A stretch of 64,000 nucleotides of DNA from Vicugna vicugna (taxonomy: Eukaryota). Below, in pieces: positions 61,081 through 64,000 of this stretch (the first letter of the stretch is position 1; each line of letters begins with the position of its first letter). The stretch covers positions 806,001 to 870,000 of the forward strand of contig MU059072.1 in NCBI GenBank assembly GCA_013265495.1, in the 5' to 3' direction. The notes under the pieces were generated by a model. The model ran no database searches. It was not told where the DNA came from and saw only the letters and a list, made by a program, of their open reading frames with translations. Both the position numbers and the translations under genes were made by a program.

Positions 61081-64000
61081 TACGAAAGGACACAAGAGGC
61101 TCTATAAACTGTAAGCAAAAAGGCAGCACTGAGAGTTAGGGAATCAGCAGGCCTGCTTAGCTCCTGATCAAGATACAAAATAAATTTTAAGAATACTTTA
61201 AACCTGAAAGTGCAAAATGAATTACCAGTGGTCAGGTCCATCCAGGACTTACACGACATCACTGTGTTTCTAAAAAGTAGCAATGTTCTCAGTGATCTTA
61301 CATGTTAGGGTCCCTGACTAGAATTTATAGAGGACCTGGCCCAACATAGAGAAAAGTATGCACAAGATAGGGGTGGGTTTTGAAAGGCAAGTCCATTTAT
61401 TTGGGAAGTTCTCGTATAAATATTTTTATACATTTCAAACATCAGGAAAAGCTGACATGTAGTCTGTTGAGTTCTATAAGAAAAGATATATAACTTGATA
61501 TTATAAAAGATATATAACTCTAATATTATAACAAGTATAAAAATAGAGTGGGTCTTGATTTTTCATGTTGAAGTCTTATGGGAATTGACAGGCTTTTACA
61601 AATAAGTAACTGAAAATAGTTTTAATTATAAATTTGTAAAACTGGACATTCTTATGCCTTGGGAAAAGCCCTGGATATAAATTGTCCAAATGTGTTTAAG
61701 AATCTTTTGCATATTGTTATTGGCTGGACTAAGATCTGTTTTTTTGTAACTATGACAAGTTTACATATTTGGTATGATTGTTAATACTGAATTGTGAACC
61801 AGGGAAAGGTTGACTCTTTATTTCAGGAATCTTTGTGTATTTTGTGGACCTTTCTAAAGAAGAACATGTGTGTAATTAAGACACAGAAAAACAAATCTCT
61901 CTCTCTCTTTTTTTTTAACACAAGAAGGCTTGATTAGCATCTTGTGACTTTTCTTTTTTTTTTTTTAAGCTCACTAGATAGCTTTCCCATTCACCTGGAC
62001 AGAAGCACAGCCCACTGTGTGTGACTGCATGAGATTCCTTGTGAAGTCAGGAGGAGTAGCTTCCCTCTTTACTGCTGGTGTTGGTGTGGGCATTATGATG
62101 GTGATGATGGGTGGCTGAGGCTTAATGGTTGAAGAATAATAAGGTTTTAGGAAACGAAAAGGTGGCATTCTTCTTTCTAAGAAAAAAATAAATATTTATC
62201 ACAATCATCAGGGCAGCAGTAGTGGGCAGTCTCCTAAACTCCAAGAAGCTCTGGATGGGAGAAGCTCTTGAACATCAGTGATGATGTCTTATTCAACAGG
62301 TGATTTATCTTAGGAAAGAGTTGTAGTGTGGGTAATTAAGAAGCATTGCTGGTAATAATATCCATAAAGAAATAAAGCCAACTGCTCCGGAAAATGTTGA
62401 AATACTGGGTACTGAGTTCAATTTTTATGATAAACTACAGATTTCTACTTTAAAGTAAACATATTAGTTTAGGAAGGTTATTAGGTTGGTAATTAACCAA
62501 CAATCCAGCTTATTAAATTTAGAATGCCCAGAGGGTCCAGAGTGAATTCTTGCAGATTTTGTTTAGTATTGTCCTAGAATATGTCTGTGTGATTGCAACC
62601 TGGGTGAATTGCTGTCTGCTTTCAGGTCTTCTCTTCAGAGAGGCAAACAAATGTGATTGGCTAGTTTCATTATATTTATACTTACTATTGCCCTGATATC
62701 TTCCCAGTTTTCAAAAAATTTCTCGTTAAAGATGACTTTGTTCTCTAAACATGTGTTCAGTGAATAACTATGTGAGAAACGATTTTTCCTAAACTGTTTC
62801 CTCATCCATTGGCAAACTGACTGTTTACTGCCTCTTACTCTTTGACACAATTAGCAAAAGGAAGAAGGGTCCTACAGTTTTTCTCTAGTCCTTATTATGC
62901 TTTATGTGGGGATATATTTTTGGTTGCTTATGTGCTTCAAGTTGCCTACTTTGTTTTCAGTGTTCTCAGATCTGTTTATGTCCCTTAGAGTTAAGCCAAT
63001 GTAAGTCCCCCTTTGTGGCTAGGCGATTAGGTCTTCTAATCCCCTTTATCACCATTACAATGGAAATATACGCACTGCTTCCATTCATTTTAGGTCTGCT
63101 CTAATACCCATATCATTTTCCAGCCTCTCTTGAAACTCTATCTTTCCACCCGTCTCTCTAACAAATACTTACTAAGATCCTGTTATGTAGGCGGTATGTT
63201 AGGTTATGGGGTTAGAAGTGAGTAGAGTGCTTATTTCGAAGGAACCTGTTGACTAATTTTGAAAAAGAGGCAGAAAAGACATTGGGAAGCTGTATTTTGT
63301 GCTAATGGGGCTAACAAAGGGATAGCTGAAAACTTTTAAAAATTAAAAAAAGTAGCTTGGCTTTGTTCCCGCTGTTTTGTTTTGACTAGGTCCTGTAGTT
63401 AGCATGTACTTAAATCACTGGGACCACACGCTTCCAGAAGGGTTGAATTGGGGCTTGGCCTCGAATAACTGAGGCAGAATCCCTTGGTCTTACTGCCTGT
63501 TCCTGTCTAGAACCACACCCTTGGTGTCAGGCCAGAAGTGGATGAGCCTTGGGGCCAGGGAGCAGCAAGTCAACATGTTCAAGGCTATATTTGCCTCCAT
63601 GTCAGTCTTTGCTTGCGACAATAAAAATGATCAAGTGAGCCTGTTTTTTATATTCCTGTTGGCAGGAACTGTGTATCATGTTGTTTTTGCCCAAAGTGCT
63701 TTTTTTTGTTTTTGTTTTTGTTTTGGTGGCCAAGTTTGAAGACTGAGAAATTGAGTCTTGGGTCAAGAAACTGGAATAAGCTTTAAAGGTTGCTGTCAAC
63801 TCATTATTTTACAGAGGGTTTTTGCTGGTAATACCCAATTTCAGGTTCTGTAAAATTCAGGAGTGGAAATTACTGATCAAGAAAAAAGATACTGAATTCT
63901 AAGAATTTAGGAAATGTCTTCTCTTCTATGATATAATTGTCTAAATAATTTGGGCCAGTTGAAATCAGTTTTAATTTACTTTTTAATATCTGCGATATAC

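Noticed and set aside
61950-62168. Minus-strand ORF ending near a poly(T) run as a retrocopy
   Set aside because: No TSD, no poly(A) signal and no protein similarity I can recognise.
1-64000. The 60-140 aa ORFs in the supplied track as independent genes
   Set aside because: Apart from those overlapping ATP8B4 exons (10678-10866, 52544-52828) and L1 remnants (9848-10045, 12660-12971, 54658-54858), none resembles a protein I recognise. Their size and density fit random intronic DNA.
56319-64000. The next ATP8B4 exon (expected GIV.CE.PNNKLDKF...)
   Set aside because: No matching sequence found by eye; presumed to lie beyond the window end.
1-64000. CRISPR arrays, rRNA, operons or prokaryotic defence systems
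   Set aside because: The sequence is clearly mammalian intronic DNA, and no spaced direct-repeat arrays were seen.

Overview
Eukaryotic (mammalian) genomic DNA; no prokaryotic features. The window is an intron-dominated internal segment of the P4-type ATPase (phospholipid flippase) gene ATP8B4 on the + strand. Six consecutive coding exons (10699-10812, 14178-14276, 16882-16943, 45091-45163, 52750-52820, 56236-56318; 502 nt in total) have canonical AG/GT borders and compatible phases. They join into one open frame: [10 protein letters not shown]...TM1/TM2...DGETNLK...SRLAKFD. The start-codon exons and the next downstream exon were not found and probably lie outside the window. Two tRNA-Ala-derived vic-1-type SINEs, and no recognisable Alu, B1, BovB/Bov-tA or PRE-1, point to a camelid genome (inference). 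The rest is ordinary intronic DNA rich in MIR, L2, CR1/L3, L1, ERVL/MaLR LTRs and MER DNA transposons, with one 157-N gap inside an L1. Most ORF-track entries look like noise. Repeat family names come from recalled consensus sequences and their boundaries are approximate. I do not see a convincing new biological system. The best leads are: (i) a 75-bp non-repeat, poly(A)-tailed, TSD-flanked retro-insertion of unknown origin at 54263-54347; (ii) a candidate intronic myeloid promoter or alternative first exon at about 150-290; (iii) a 13-nt twin-priming-like inversion at the 5' end of a young L1; and (iv) a branchpoint/pyrimidine tract/CAG|GTAAGA recursive-splice-like site in the 28-kb intron.
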